This document shows positions 10,873 through 21,538 of a stretch of 64,000 nucleotides of DNA, one piece after another; position 1 is the stretch's first letter; each line of letters begins with the position of its first letter. Source of the stretch: a virus. The translations under genes were made by a program, and so were the position numbers. The stretch spans positions 5,750-69,749 of the IMG/VR virus record IMGVR_UViG_3300022744_000028. The stretch is one strand, 5' to 3'. The notes beneath the pieces are model-generated. The model made no database searches, had not been told where the DNA came from, and saw only the letters and a list, made by a program, of their open reading frames with translations.

Positions 10873-13800
10873 TTATATAAACAAAATGTTTGTGCTGCTG
10901 ATTGTACCAGTAGCTGATGAGTTGGCTCCTACGACGCTACCAGAAGCAGTAAACTGACCTTCTACGTCGACGAGCTGTAGGGTATTTAGTGCACCATTAA
11001 ACGATTTGACTCGCCCTGTAGCTTGTCCCGCTTGACTGACTATCTCGTTAGCAACGTACGTGCCTGTTACGCCTGTCAACGTCAATGTATTGATTCTGCT
11101 ATACGTTGCGTTTGCTGCAGCTACAGGTTTACTCGATAGTGTAATGCCAACGAACTTATTGAACATCTTAGTGCCGACGACGTGAGTAAGGCTCTTAACG
11201 ACACTTTCATACTTTTCACGGCTAAGTCCAGTTTGAATCTCATATGAGTATTCTTGATAATATTCATTATCTTGAATTCTTTTTGTACTATCGAGTGTGC
11301 CTCTATCGCCTCTCCAATATCCTTGCGATGAACCATGCGTTTCTACTCTAGCAACACCAGCAGCCATGATCTGGTTACCAGGAGCGGAGATATCAACAGT
11401 TTCACCTTCCTCATAGAGGAAGCCAGAGTCGAGGACTTCGAGTGTGTTAATACGGCCGTCAGAAATGCCTGCTTCAGCATCTACGTTAACGTTGTTGCCA
11501 ATCACGCCTGACGATGAGTCTTCCTGAATAGTAACGACGTTAGCAGTTGCGCCGGATTCAGCACCATAGATCATCGTCCCACGCACAAAGTCCTTAAACG
11601 TCGTCCGTTGCACGTCTACCTGATTATTCGAAGTGCCTACAACTATACCTGTTGTTATGATATTGGTATTTGTAATGCCAACCGACGTTACGTTAGCAGT
11701 TGCGCCGGAAACTAGACCAACGATTGTGTTGGATGAATCGAATGTGTTTGCTGTATTTGCGACGAATACACGAATCGTTCCAGCATTGCCTATTACAGAC
11801 GTTGTGTACAAATCGCCAAAGATTGTGTGACCATCGGCACGCACTTGCTTGATAGTTTCACGAACAGAAAAGTCGAACGTCCCACTTACATTACTAACAG
11901 CGACGTTAGCGAGTGGTGTGCTGATACTTTGTGTTACTTGCTCGCCGATTGCGAAAATACCAACCTTATCAACGACACCTAGTGTCAATCGACTTCTCTT
12001 ACCATAAGACGCAACAATCTGTTCGATTTCAACGACGAACGGCTTGGCGGTGTTATCGAAACCTGGGTTACGTTCAGTCAACGTCAGTACAGATCCGATT
12101 GTATATGCATTCTTACTGAAAGCAGATGCAAGTACAGATGATAAGTTGGCAGACGTATTAGCAGCAAACCCATATGTACTTGAATTTAATGGTAACGACA
12201 AGAATGTTGTATTAGGAGCTGCGTTTGCGCTCAGTAAGTCTGAGCCCAAGTATACAACTTCTGTATTTCCGATAGCACCGATCTTAAATTGGCCTGGATA
12301 TCCACTCGATGTTACAGTAACATCGGCAACGGCGCCGTTGTATGGCGAGTACACTCTTGCATAAGATCCACCCTTGAAATCATTGGTGATTTGGAATACA
12401 CCTACGGCACCTGTATTCGATCCTACGACGTTGGCTGATGCGGATATATCAACAGATCCTGTTTTAGAAGCACCATTATTAGTTTCGCCAATCACAAGTT
12501 TTGTGATATTTGTATTAGAGAAGTTGGTGTTATTGAAAGATCTCGTTGTTACCGATACGACGTTAGCAATTGCACCAGAGCTACTTCCTAGTATCAACTG
12601 GCCTGATGTAAAGGGACCATAACGATGGTCGATTACAACATACGATGAGTTTGCTTGGATGATGGTTCCAACTGCTGCATTACCGCTGCTATTGGATTGG
12701 TATACATCTTCGCCAATTACAAACGACCCTGTAACAGTATTTGCAAACTGCACGCTATCGATGTTTGCCGTGGACGTGGTGTGTGGTGAAATTAACAGTG
12801 TACCAGAACCAGCTGCCTGTGATACAGACAACACAAATCCGGTTGCGAGCACATTCGATGTTGTGTTTGTTGTTCCGTAAATCAGATCACCCGCAGCAAA
12901 GGTGGTATTTGCTGTGCTAAATGATACGTTCGTTAATGGTTGAACGATAGTAGTAAATTCCGGAAAGCCAGTAACAAATGAATTACTGCTAGAGAAGGAC
13001 GTCAATGATAGTACGTTCGCTGATACGTACACCTTTTGGCTCGTCCCATAGATGTTAGCATTAAGCGTATATCCATACCCGCCATCAATAAGACGATAGT
13101 TAACTTCGCCCGTTCTGTTGCCAACAGACGTAACACGAGCCTTTCCGCGATGCCCACGGCGACTAGAAATAATATCGACAGTCTCTCCTTCGACGAACCC
13201 GCTACCAGACGATGTAATATTGACACGTGTGAGCGATCCGACTACTTGCGGAGCATCCTTAATGATGCCGTCTATAGAAACATACTCACCATAGAGGAAC
13301 GATTGACCCGTATCTTGGTTGGGTTGCACGTTCGAGAGGTATGCCACGTCTACGATTTTGCCGTCGTATGTTTTGCGATCGACGCGCTCGACGAACGCCT
13401 TTGCGCCAGACAAGTTTCCTCTAATATCATGGCCCACAAACTGGACTGCTTTATCGCTTACAGAAAGCTCAATGTACTTTGGAACGATCCATACACCATC
13501 CGACGTTCTTAGGATATCATCCCCAGGATAGTATACGTCGACGTTCTCATTGAACAGCATGCGAAACACCAGCTCCAGCGATTCAATCGTACCTTTTGTC
13601 TGGTATAGGTCGTGTGAGTGTTTGATTAAATTGCGCTGCTCGCCGATGGTTACATTTCTCGCTCCAGCCAAATACTTGTCGGCGAAATGAGGAATGAATT
13701 CATCCAACGTGCTATCAATATCTCTATACTGTAGCAGGTTGCGAGAGTGAAAGAGTGGATTGCCTGTTTGCTCAAGCCACTCATAATACGCTTTGACGAA

Positions 13801-13890
13801 AGCTACAAAATGAGGCCCTTCTTCCCTATAGAAAGAAGGAAATTGTGACTCAATGAGAGGAGATATTTTATCGTGTAGTAATATATTCAT
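10873..13890 (-). CDS. gp7: baseplate wedge initiator gp7-like (1005 aa)
   Basis: SQFPSFYREEGPHFVAFVKAYYEWLE N-terminus, YQTKGT motif, C-terminal IQDNEYYQEYSYEI..HVVG; lies between gp6 and gp8. Confidence 0.8.
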   Translation of the reverse strand: MNILLHDKISPLIESQFPSFYREEGPHFVAFVKAYYEWLEQTGNPLFHSRNLLQYRDIDSTLDEFIPHFADKYLAGARNVTIGEQRNLIKHSHDLYQTKGTIESLELVFRMLFNENVDVYYPGDDILRTSDGVWIVPKYIELSVSDKAVQFVGHDIRGNLSGAKAFVERVDRKTYDGKIVDVAYLSNVQPNQDTGQSFLYGEYVSIDGIIKDAPQVVGSLTRVNITSSGSGFVEGETVDIISSRRGHRGKARVTSVGNRTGEVNYRLIDGGYGYTLNANIYGTSQKVYVSANVLSLTSFSSSNSFVTGFPEFTTIVQPLTNVSFSTANTTFAAGDLIYGTTNTTSNVLATGFVLSVSQAAGSGTLLISPHTTSTANIDSVQFANTVTGSFVIGEDVYQSNSSGNAAVGTIIQANSSYVVIDHRYGPFTSGQLILGSSSGAIANVVSVTTRSFNNTNFSNTNITKLVIGETNNGASKTGSVDISASANVVGSNTGAVGVFQITNDFKGGSYARVYSPYNGAVADVTVTSSGYPGQFKIGAIGNTEVVYLGSDLLSANAAPNTTFLSLPLNSSTYGFAANTSANLSSVLASAFSKNAYTIGSVLTLTERNPGFDNTAKPFVVEIEQIVASYGKRSRLTLGVVDKVGIFAIGEQVTQSISTPLANVAVSNVSGTFDFSVRETIKQVRADGHTIFGDLYTTSVIGNAGTIRVFVANTANTFDSSNTIVGLVSGATANVTSVGITNTNIITTGIVVGTSNNQVDVQRTTFKDFVRGTMIYGAESGATANVVTIQEDSSSGVIGNNVNVDAEAGISDGRINTLEVLDSGFLYEEGETVDISAPGNQIMAAGVARVETHGSSQGYWRGDRGTLDSTKRIQDNEYYQEYSYEIQTGLSREKYESVVKSLTHVVGTKMFNKFVGITLSSKPVAAANATYSRINTLTLTGVTGTYVANEIVSQAGQATGRVKSFNGALNTLQLVDVEGQFTASGSVVGANSSATGTISSTNILFI

Positions 13891-15689
13891 TAGCCGCGCT
13901 CGCCGATAACTGTAACGTAGATGTCATCATCTTTGATTCTGATGATGTCGTTCTGAGTAGCTGCAATATCCTTGCTGTCTGTAACAGCACGAAGGCGGAT
14001 AGCGCTTCCTTCATATGCTGTAATATTCAAACCAGCATCAAATACAACTGTTCCTGTTGTATAGTCTACAGTTCCTACATTGACTACTACAGCATGGTCT
14101 GCGCCTTCGTCAGCAACTGTAACAATTCTGATGACACCAAAACCATCATCTTCTACTTTACATTGAGCGCCACCATATGTAAAGAACGTCGATGTTATAG
14201 AGTGATTATCAACATACGGATGGATATAAGCGCTATTGAGAATCTTCAGCGGGTTGCGGAAGTGTACGGTGAATGGCTCTGTTGAATTGAGAGCAGGATT
14301 CAACTCCTTGTATGCGACAACTTCTGTACTATTGCCAATTATGCTGGTAGTCGTGTCATCGATTGCCTTGACGAGCTTAGAGTAGCGACATACAGTACCA
14401 AAATCGTTTAAGTTCTGCTCATTAAAGATACGAACCTTTGTAGCGATGGCCGAAATCAGCTCAGCTTCAGAAGAAGTTGTCGTATCGATGTCATATGTTA
14501 CCGATGTATACACCTCGACGTTTAAGAACTCTGGATCAATGAAGATTGGGTCGATAGTAAGCGGACATCTTGTCTTCAAGAATTTTCTATATTCTTCCTT
14601 TTTGGAATCAGACACGCCATCAGACCCAGCGATGTCTGTAGAGATCATAACCTTGCCATAGCGTGGAGGATCAGCTTCTTCGCCACCGAAAACATAGATC
14701 GATGTAATCTCTGGATAGTTCAATTGAAGAAGTGTACGGTAGTCTGATGCTGTTACTGCGCGCTCTTGTGTTTGGAAGAAACGAGGAGCATTCTTACGGA
14801 TCAATTGTGTTGTCTCGTGGACGGCCCCGCCAATTGCATCCTGGACGGTAGTAACGCGGACATTTGTGTGGCCATCGATGGCATCATCGCTAGCAAATAC
14901 GCTACATCCATTAGGTAGCTCACCATTACCCACCTGATATACAGCTGAAATGACAGCACCATGCTTTGGCAAGCGGCCTTGCGTACCGTTACCGAACACC
15001 AACTCATACAAATCATTCTCTGCCGCTTGTACGAAGAATACTTGAGAGTTTCCGTCAATACCTAGGAACGATGAAGCCTGTTGGTAAGTGAGTGTAGTAC
15101 TGCTGTTATCTTCAGTGACATACACGCGCAGACTTGTTGTGTCGATTGTAGGGTTGGATAGAATGAAGCGTTGGCTTTCTGAAGCTGCATTGAAAACAAA
15201 CGTGTCAGTTACTAACGAACCTTCATAGATTGCAACGTTGCTGGCTGTAAACACACCATTTGAAGAACTCGTAACCAGCAAATTATCTGGCATCGTGAAT
15301 GTGTAAGTGTTTGCACCAACCTTACTTGTAAACGATGTCCCACGTGGAATTGTAACTGTAGTAATTCCATTTGGGTTTGTCGGCGCGATAGCAATATCGA
15401 TGATCGCTTTTGCTGAACGGAATGAGCGTGGAACGTAGTTCAGTTCCTTGGCATGTGATATTACACTAGCTCTGAGTTGAGCTGTATCCAAGAACATCTC
15501 ACTTGCTACCATGTTAAGATAGAAAGAGTTAATGTATGTGTTATACGCCATCACATCAAGCAGGACATTAAGGTTCGAACCCTCGAGGTTGAAGTCCTTG
15601 AACGCAGTTTGCGAACTGAGGTATGACTTGAATGAAGACTTTAGCGTATCAAAGTCGAGGTTGACTAGATTAATTGAACCGTTGGCCAT
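13890..15689 (-). CDS. gp6: baseplate wedge subunit gp6
   Basis: LDFDTLKSSFKSYL, EMFLDTAQLRASVISHAKELNYVPRS and QERAVTASDY motifs. Confidence 0.92.
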   Translation of the reverse strand: MANGSINLVNLDFDTLKSSFKSYLSSQTAFKDFNLEGSNLNVLLDVMAYNTYINSFYLNMVASEMFLDTAQLRASVISHAKELNYVPRSFRSAKAIIDIAIAPTNPNGITTVTIPRGTSFTSKVGANTYTFTMPDNLLVTSSSNGVFTASNVAIYEGSLVTDTFVFNAASESQRFILSNPTIDTTSLRVYVTEDNSSTTLTYQQASSFLGIDGNSQVFFVQAAENDLYELVFGNGTQGRLPKHGAVISAVYQVGNGELPNGCSVFASDDAIDGHTNVRVTTVQDAIGGAVHETTQLIRKNAPRFFQTQERAVTASDYRTLLQLNYPEITSIYVFGGEEADPPRYGKVMISTDIAGSDGVSDSKKEEYRKFLKTRCPLTIDPIFIDPEFLNVEVYTSVTYDIDTTTSSEAELISAIATKVRIFNEQNLNDFGTVCRYSKLVKAIDDTTTSIIGNSTEVVAYKELNPALNSTEPFTVHFRNPLKILNSAYIHPYVDNHSITSTFFTYGGAQCKVEDDGFGVIRIVTVADEGADHAVVVNVGTVDYTTGTVVFDAGLNITAYEGSAIRLRAVTDSKDIAATQNDIIRIKDDDIYVTVIGERG

Positions 15690-16117
15690 TATCGTACTCT
15701 ATTAAGAAGGAGGTTGAGTGCTACAGGCGTTGATGTGTTAACGAGACTGAACACTAAGTTGACTTGTATTTGATGCTCATCAGCAGTTGTAGTAACACGC
15801 AACGATATTACGTTCGCGCGAGGCTCAAACTTGCTGATGCATGTAAGGATTCTGTGTCTCAGCATAGAAAGTGTGTCTTCAGTTGCTGGTTCGAATAATA
15901 GATGCTTAATATTAGCACCCAAATATGGTTGGTGGAAGCGTTCGTGATAGTCCGTCAAAAGCAGGTTGACAATCGAGCGCTTAACAGCATTCTCATTAGT
16001 CACGCGGACGATGTCACGTTTACCGGGATGCAGCTGGAGGTCGACGCCAAAGTCGCTAAACAACTCCGTCTTAACATCTGTAGATGTAAATTTATCTGCT
16101 ATCGAAATATTTGCCAT
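15689..16117 (-). CDS. gp25: baseplate wedge subunit gp25 (GPW_gp25 family)
   Basis: AVKRSIVNLLLT..ERFHQPYLG..LLFEP and FEPR motifs. Confidence 0.9.
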   Translation of the reverse strand: MANISIADKFTSTDVKTELFSDFGVDLQLHPGKRDIVRVTNENAVKRSIVNLLLTDYHERFHQPYLGANIKHLLFEPATEDTLSMLRHRILTCISKFEPRANVISLRVTTTADEHQIQVNLVFSLVNTSTPVALNLLLNRVR

Positions 16118-16118
16118 G

Positions 16119-16406
16119 TTAGCCTATGAATACTTTTGCGTCAGGCCCAACAATCAAGGGATGTACGCATGTTGCTGTGTCTCCAGTTCCACAAACTGGA
16201 GTTTTTGCTGCACCTACCCATACCAAAGGATTACCAACTGCCATCTTTGATGCTGCATGTGGTCCTGATCCATGTGGTGTAACAGGAGTACCGACAACTG
16301 CTATTGGAAGTCCTCCTACCGTGACGGTAGGATATAGTGGCGTCATCAAAGGTACACCACCGACAGTATCAGTAGGGGCTCCTACTCTTCCAACTAACTT
16401 TGGCAT
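16119..16406 (-). CDS. PAAR spike-tip protein (gp5.4-like)
   Basis: 95 aa Gly/Pro/Val-rich, HxxxPH and C-terminal Cys/His metal ligands, directly after gp5. Confidence 0.8.
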   Translation of the reverse strand: MPKLVGRVGAPTDTVGGVPLMTPLYPTVTVGGLPIAVVGTPVTPHGSGPHAASKMAVGNPLVWVGAAKTPVCGTGDTATCVHPLIVGPDAKVFIG

Positions 16407-16416
16407 ACAACTCCTC

Positions 16417-17301
16417 TTATGCTACTGTACTTCCAGGATTCAACCATAGGCCCAAGATACCCGAGACCATTGTGGTAGAACCAGACATAGACAACATACC
16501 AGCTGTATTAATATTAACAGCAGCAGTTCCGTTTATATTTATCAGCGGGGCAGACATCGATATTTGCTTATCCGATGCCATCGTAATAGCGCCCTTTGCG
16601 TATATCGTAAGAGCTCCGTCAGCAACAACGTACATATCGCCGTTGCTTTTTGTGTAGTGGCCGACGGTAGCTGTGTTGACGCGAATGCCATTTGTCTTAT
16701 CGACAGTCATTCCGTTGCTCATCTCCATATATGAGCCACCATTGTGGTATACATGGATACGTTCAGCACCAGGTGTATCGTCTACTTCGATTGCATGCCC
16801 GCGTTCAGACTCAAATACTTTGTTGTATGGATACTGGGCAGCAAATGTTGCTGTAGGAGGCGGCTCCATTGGATTATCTTCACCTGCTCTGACTTCTGCC
16901 TTAGCAGATGCTAGCTTATTGACGCCTCTTGCAAGCTGACTGACGTCATGCATATCAGATGTAAAGTTATCTGTATCGGTGAAGTCTGGATCAGGCTGCG
17001 GAATGCCAGGATACGTTCCCAGAACAATTGGCATTTGTCCTTGTGGGCCATCAACGAAGAACCCAAACACAGTACTGTCGGGTCTGATAAATGTTGGGCT
17101 CCATCCCTTGCCTTGATAGCTTGCACTTGTTGTTGGCATTACCACATGAGCCCATGGCAGGTCATCAGTAGGTAATGTGCTGCTGTTCATCGAATAAAAA
17201 TGATACACGCGCACCTTGACGCGGCCGAGTTGTAATGGATCCATAACATCTTCAACGATGCCGAACCACCACGTAAACCCCATTTTACCCATTTCACTCA
17301 T
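16417..17301 (-). CDS. gp5: baseplate hub/spike protein gp5 (OB-fold plus short beta-helix, no lysozyme domain)
   Basis: WWFGIVEDVMDPLQLGRVKVRV and QYPYNKVFESERGHAIEVDDTPGAERIHVYH motifs. Confidence 0.9.
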   Translation of the reverse strand: MSEMGKMGFTWWFGIVEDVMDPLQLGRVKVRVYHFYSMNSSTLPTDDLPWAHVVMPTTSASYQGKGWSPTFIRPDSTVFGFFVDGPQGQMPIVLGTYPGIPQPDPDFTDTDNFTSDMHDVSQLARGVNKLASAKAEVRAGEDNPMEPPPTATFAAQYPYNKVFESERGHAIEVDDTPGAERIHVYHNGGSYMEMSNGMTVDKTNGIRVNTATVGHYTKSNGDMYVVADGALTIYAKGAITMASDKQISMSAPLININGTAAVNINTAGMLSMSGSTTMVSGILGLWLNPGSTVA

Positions 17302-18614
17302 GTTCTAAGACCCTCAATACTGTGATTGCGCGCACCGTTGACAGCGCTAATATGCACATAATAATCTACGTTTTCATTAAAGCTGAATGTATGTACTACA
17401 CGAGCACACAAAAATGTGCCGGAATACATCTTATCAACCATCCCTCTACCTTCGCCCTTGGCCGCAATCTCACGTGATTGCGGAACCATGACTTTCATAA
17501 CTTGTCCTGCTGTCACGTTCGAATCACCATATATTGTATACTGGATGTTATACTCGCTTAGCAGATTTGTGTATGCTTTCATTTCCCCGACATACTCAGA
17601 ATACAGATCTTTTTGTGTGCTGTTCTGGCCATCCATTTCCCACGAACAATCTTTCGGTAGGTAGTACGCTACACATCTTGTATTTGCAAACGTTTCAGCA
17701 AAACTTGCTCTATTAAGATATCCTTGGCCACCCAATTGGAACTTGTTGCCATCGTCGACTAAGTTAAATCTCTTATTGAGAACGAACGCCTTTGTAGTCA
17801 AGTCGAATGAGTAGCAGTCAGCGTTGTATGCGCCCGAATCAATCTTTTCGGTCGTATCATAGAACGACACAATTTCAAAATCGACGATGTCTACCTTAAC
17901 GCCGTTGGCAAGTTTTTCATCATATTCAGCTGGTAGTTGTCTAGCAGCATATGTGTGAGTAATTCCTGCAGATGGCAAAGATCCTTGTCTATTGAATAGA
18001 CCGCTAATCGACGTAAACGAATATCCTTCCGAGCTACGGAAGAAGGTAAACGGTGTACGCGATTCACCAGTCGCGACAGATCTTGCACGGCAAAAGTCGA
18101 TAGCAGCAAGTGGGCTCAGTTGCGGTGATAAGAAACGGCCGACGCCACGACTTGGTTCAAAATTGAATACATTGCCATCAGAGTCTAGCTGAATGTAATC
18201 ATCAAAGATCTGGCCGGCAATGCTTGCGTATGTTCCTGTATAAGCCCGAGCCACAGTCTTTGCTGTATCAAATGCGCGTTCTTTTGTAACACCGCGTAGC
18301 ACGTAGCCTTTAGCAGTGTTCATTTCGGTCATACCTGCTGTATCTTTTGTACCTAAGAAAAATTCATAGGAGACGGTCTTGCCATCGATGCTTTGGTATG
18401 AGAATCTGAAGAACTCCTCACCGACCAATGGAAACTTCTTTGCAAGGCTGTCATAATCGATCAGCATCATTTCACAACTGACGAACGGGTTGTAGATGTC
18501 CTCGTATATCTGAACAGATATCAAATTGTCAGTTACAGATAGTGTAACGCCGTCACCATTATAGATGACAGCTTCTTTAATAATCGCCCGCCCGAGTACG
18601 TTTTGTTCAGCCAT
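17298..18614 (-). CDS. baseplate hub protein, probably gp27-like (438 aa)
   Basis: ISVQIYEDIYNPFVSCEM N-terminus, GQVMKV...YSGTFLCARVVHTF C-terminus; lies between gp53 and gp5. Confidence 0.6.
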   Translation of the reverse strand: MAEQNVLGRAIIKEAVIYNGDGVTLSVTDNLISVQIYEDIYNPFVSCEMMLIDYDSLAKKFPLVGEEFFRFSYQSIDGKTVSYEFFLGTKDTAGMTEMNTAKGYVLRGVTKERAFDTAKTVARAYTGTYASIAGQIFDDYIQLDSDGNVFNFEPSRGVGRFLSPQLSPLAAIDFCRARSVATGESRTPFTFFRSSEGYSFTSISGLFNRQGSLPSAGITHTYAARQLPAEYDEKLANGVKVDIVDFEIVSFYDTTEKIDSGAYNADCYSFDLTTKAFVLNKRFNLVDDGNKFQLGGQGYLNRASFAETFANTRCVAYYLPKDCSWEMDGQNSTQKDLYSEYVGEMKAYTNLLSEYNIQYTIYGDSNVTAGQVMKVMVPQSREIAAKGEGRGMVDKMYSGTFLCARVVHTFSFNENVDYYVHISAVNGARNHSIEGLRT

Positions 18615-18615
18615 A

Positions 18616-19479
18616 TTAGCTCATCACACTTTGCAAGTTAAGCTGAGCTTGTTCTGCATATCTCTTGTCGATTAGCTTTACAGTCTTTCGCTGCTCATTT
18701 AGCAATTCTTCATAGTCGTAGTACGACACAGCGCGCCAATATGTTTGCTCGACTGTGGGGATATTCTCAACCATCACAGTAACAGTAATCGGCGTTGCTT
18801 GTGTGCTAGTGTTAAACCCAACAATCGGCAACCCCGCATTAAATGTACCGTTGACGTTTTTAAGCGTGATACTCTCAGTATCCAGTGTTGTAATTTCAGC
18901 ATAGCCAATCACAGTATCGCCGCTCAGCTGACTTACCAATTCACCAACTTCAAATCCAGCCGACGTAGGCACAGCCAAACGGATGATTCTATTAGTAGTT
19001 ACAATGAGATCGAGCGCAGCACGTTGATAAAAAACAACACTACCATATTCATTTAAAACAGGACTCCAATAACGCTTTAGATTAACTGGCGCTACACACT
19101 GTAGTCCTTCATATGCTGAAATGGTCAGCTTGGTATCGTCCCCTACCCAATTGACTTGGTAGTGATGTGTTTTAAGTTGTGCTTCTGTCAATGACCCATA
19201 CTTACTAACGATGTATTGGTTGAATTGATCGCCAGACAAATACCATCCATAATAGGGATCGATGATTCCGTTGGCAAAGAATATCAACCACTCCATCATC
19301 GAATCTTCGTAGTAGAGATGCGATAAAGTGTCAGGGCGCTCACCTTCCTTAGCCTGATATGGATAGAACACCGATGCGCGATTCATCACGTCGCGCGTAA
19401 TTCCAGCACGATGTGTAATGTTACGACATATCTCGTCGTTATATTGCGCAGTATTGAAGTTTTCGAAATATCGAGCCAT
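18616..19479 (-). CDS. gp53: baseplate wedge protein gp53-like
   Basis: YQAKEGERPDTLSHLYYED..WLIFFANGIIDPYYGW and YDYEELLNEQRKTVKLI motifs. Confidence 0.88.
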   Translation of the reverse strand: MARYFENFNTAQYNDEICRNITHRAGITRDVMNRASVFYPYQAKEGERPDTLSHLYYEDSMMEWLIFFANGIIDPYYGWYLSGDQFNQYIVSKYGSLTEAQLKTHHYQVNWVGDDTKLTISAYEGLQCVAPVNLKRYWSPVLNEYGSVVFYQRAALDLIVTTNRIIRLAVPTSAGFEVGELVSQLSGDTVIGYAEITTLDTESITLKNVNGTFNAGLPIVGFNTSTQATPITVTVMVENIPTVEQTYWRAVSYYDYEELLNEQRKTVKLIDKRYAEQAQLNLQSVMS

Positions 19480-19480
19480 A

Positions 19481-20914
19481 TTATGCTGTTGTTGGTTTTA
19501 GGTCACTCAATTGAGTGGCTTCTGATGTTTGAATTGCTGAATCTGGAGTAGACTCAGCATAGTAGTCAGTTTGACCTTGACGTGTTTCTGAATAGAATGG
19601 CATATTGCTTGTGTGGATATCCATTTCACGAAGAACGATCGTCAACTCAACTTCTGTTGGGTATCTCTTCCCATCATCTGCTGATGTATCGTAAGCACGG
19701 AAGAACGATGGGACTCCATTTGGTGCATAGTTGATACCGACAGAATCGATTACGCAAGGTTTGAATGGAATCAAGTTTGCAGGATTCATTTCAACAATAA
19801 CAATATCAGGGAACGTCAATAGCAGGGCGAACTCACCTTCCGTTGAAGGTAATGCGGCTGCCTGCAAGTTTCTAATGATATTTTCGAGTTCTTTACTTTC
19901 AGCATAGCTGTCTGGAGATAGTCTCCACGTATATGCGTGCTTCTTGAGATTGACGCCGTTGAAAGTAACAGCCATGTGTGGGTTTGGTGCGCTGCCAGTA
20001 ATTCTATCAAATGCTGCCGACATCGTAGAGTTTGTTAGGAGTTTGCGTGCCACTGCTTGTGCAAAGTTTGGATCATGGAGCAAGTCTGACATTCCGCCCT
20101 TCAACGAGTCTACACCAGCTCTAATTCCTCCTGACATTCCGCCAGCAGATCTACCAGTATCATATGCATTACCAGCTATATCTGCCATTGGTCCGCCAAA
20201 CATACCCATGCTCAATTCTTGGTACGATAGCTTGACAGCATCGACCAAGTTAGTTGGTAATGGTAACTTGATCATCGTGTGGAAATCTGACAATTCACTA
20301 GACGCATTCGAACGAGTGACTGTACGATTATATTTGCGGACAGAGAAACGCATCCAATAGTCCGGACTCAATGTCTTCGGGAAGGTAAGTTGCAACGTCT
20401 TGCCCTTCTCACGCTCGTTCATCACAGCAATATTTGGATCAACAACTTCTGAAGTCTTGAAATTCGATGGAGATGTTAATGATCCCCCACGAGCGTTCGA
20501 TGACTGCTCCAATGCTGCTGCTGCAGCCTTACCTTGCTTAAGCAAAGCGCTGACACTCAACCCAACAGCTGCTGTTGCGGCGAGGTTTGGTAAATTGAGC
20601 GAAGGAATTTTTGAGCCCGAACCAAGAGCTAAGCCGACCAATCCCATACCTACGCCCGTAAGGAAGGCTGGGTTGTTGATCGCTGAGCTGAAAGTCGAAC
20701 TCATCGCCGATACACCAGCATCCGCAGCAGCGCCCGACATTGCTCCTATAGCGTCGGCAGCCGTTCCGCCAGCATCAATCGATTGCGCAATCTGGCTTTG
20801 AGCGCCGCCGAACGAATTCCATGTGCTAGCTGCAGCTCCAACACCCTTAGCAAGGGCCGGAATAGCAACCGCACCAGCGACTACTGCTCCATACTGCGTA
20901 TATTTGTTTGCCAT
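19481..20914 (-). CDS. gp48: baseplate tail-tube cap gp48-like with an Ala/Gly-rich N-terminal extension
   Basis: IKLPLP, NPHMAVTFNGVNLKKHAYTWRLSP and CVIDSVGINY motifs. Confidence 0.8.
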   Translation of the reverse strand: MANKYTQYGAVVAGAVAIPALAKGVGAAASTWNSFGGAQSQIAQSIDAGGTAADAIGAMSGAAADAGVSAMSSTFSSAINNPAFLTGVGMGLVGLALGSGSKIPSLNLPNLAATAAVGLSVSALLKQGKAAAAALEQSSNARGGSLTSPSNFKTSEVVDPNIAVMNEREKGKTLQLTFPKTLSPDYWMRFSVRKYNRTVTRSNASSELSDFHTMIKLPLPTNLVDAVKLSYQELSMGMFGGPMADIAGNAYDTGRSAGGMSGGIRAGVDSLKGGMSDLLHDPNFAQAVARKLLTNSTMSAAFDRITGSAPNPHMAVTFNGVNLKKHAYTWRLSPDSYAESKELENIIRNLQAAALPSTEGEFALLLTFPDIVIVEMNPANLIPFKPCVIDSVGINYAPNGVPSFFRAYDTSADDGKRYPTEVELTIVLREMDIHTSNMPFYSETRQGQTDYYAESTPDSAIQTSEATQLSDLKPTTA

Positions 20915-20956
20915 GTTAGATAAAATCCATGTTTGTTGTTATTGTTATGCTCGTTT

Positions 20957-20991
20957 TATTTATGTGGGGGTACTGCCGCGTTGTCTAAATA
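20957..20991. promoter_or_regulatory. divergent T4-type late promoters
   Basis: CATAAATA on the - strand (20957-20964) and CTAAATA on the + strand (20985-20991) between the two divergent late operons. The T4 gp55 consensus is TATAAATA. Confidence 0.65.
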
Positions 20992-21028
20992 CCTCGTTAG
21001 AAATAAACCAGAACAGTATCGTTTTACG

Positions 21029-21538
21029 ATGAAATCCACTTATCAGTTTGCTGCTATATGCGAGTCGCTCAATATGGCACCACTTTCTTCAGACAATTCA
21101 TATCTCCCTGACTTTGAACTTGTGTGTCAGGGCGGTCAGCGTGGAAGCATGAATCCTCGCTATGGGACCAAGCATTCAGCAGAATCGGTTGCTAAAATGT
21201 CTGCATCAGCAAAAAAGCGATGGATCGAAGCGCCTAGACGAGGATTCAATCACAGCGATGAGACGAAGAAACTCTTAAGCGATAAGGCCAAGGGTAGACG
21301 ATCGCCTCGTATTGGCATTGAACCTTGGAATAAAGGCATACCCCAATCCGAAGCCGTCAAAGAAGCTATATCCAAAGCTCTCAGCGGAAAACCAAGGTCA
21401 GAAGCTGCTCGAAAATCATTGGCAGAAGGAGCTCGGCGCCGTATCAAAATGCAATGTGCCCACTGTGGTATGATTGCTGATGCGTCGAACATAGGAAGAT
21501 GGCACAATGATAATTGTCGAGAAAAGGCCGTTAAATGA
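21029..21538 (+). CDS. NUMOD3-repeat DNA-binding protein with C-terminal CxxC..H..C motif; no obvious nuclease domain
   Basis: KHSAESVAKMS, NHSDETKKLLS, PWNKGIPQSEAVKEAISKALSGKPRS and CAHCG..RWHNDNC. Start placed at ATG 21029 because the longer ORF start overlaps the promoters. Confidence 0.7.
   Translation: MKSTYQFAAICESLNMAPLSSDNSYLPDFELVCQGGQRGSMNPRYGTKHSAESVAKMSASAKKRWIEAPRRGFNHSDETKKLLSDKAKGRRSPRIGIEPWNKGIPQSEAVKEAISKALSGKPRSEAARKSLAEGARRRIKMQCAHCGMIADASNIGRWHNDNCREKAVK

Noticed and set aside
20933-21028. N-terminal extension of the NUMOD3 ORF
   Set aside because: It overlaps the divergent late promoters and lacks an RBS; ATG 21029 is more plausible.
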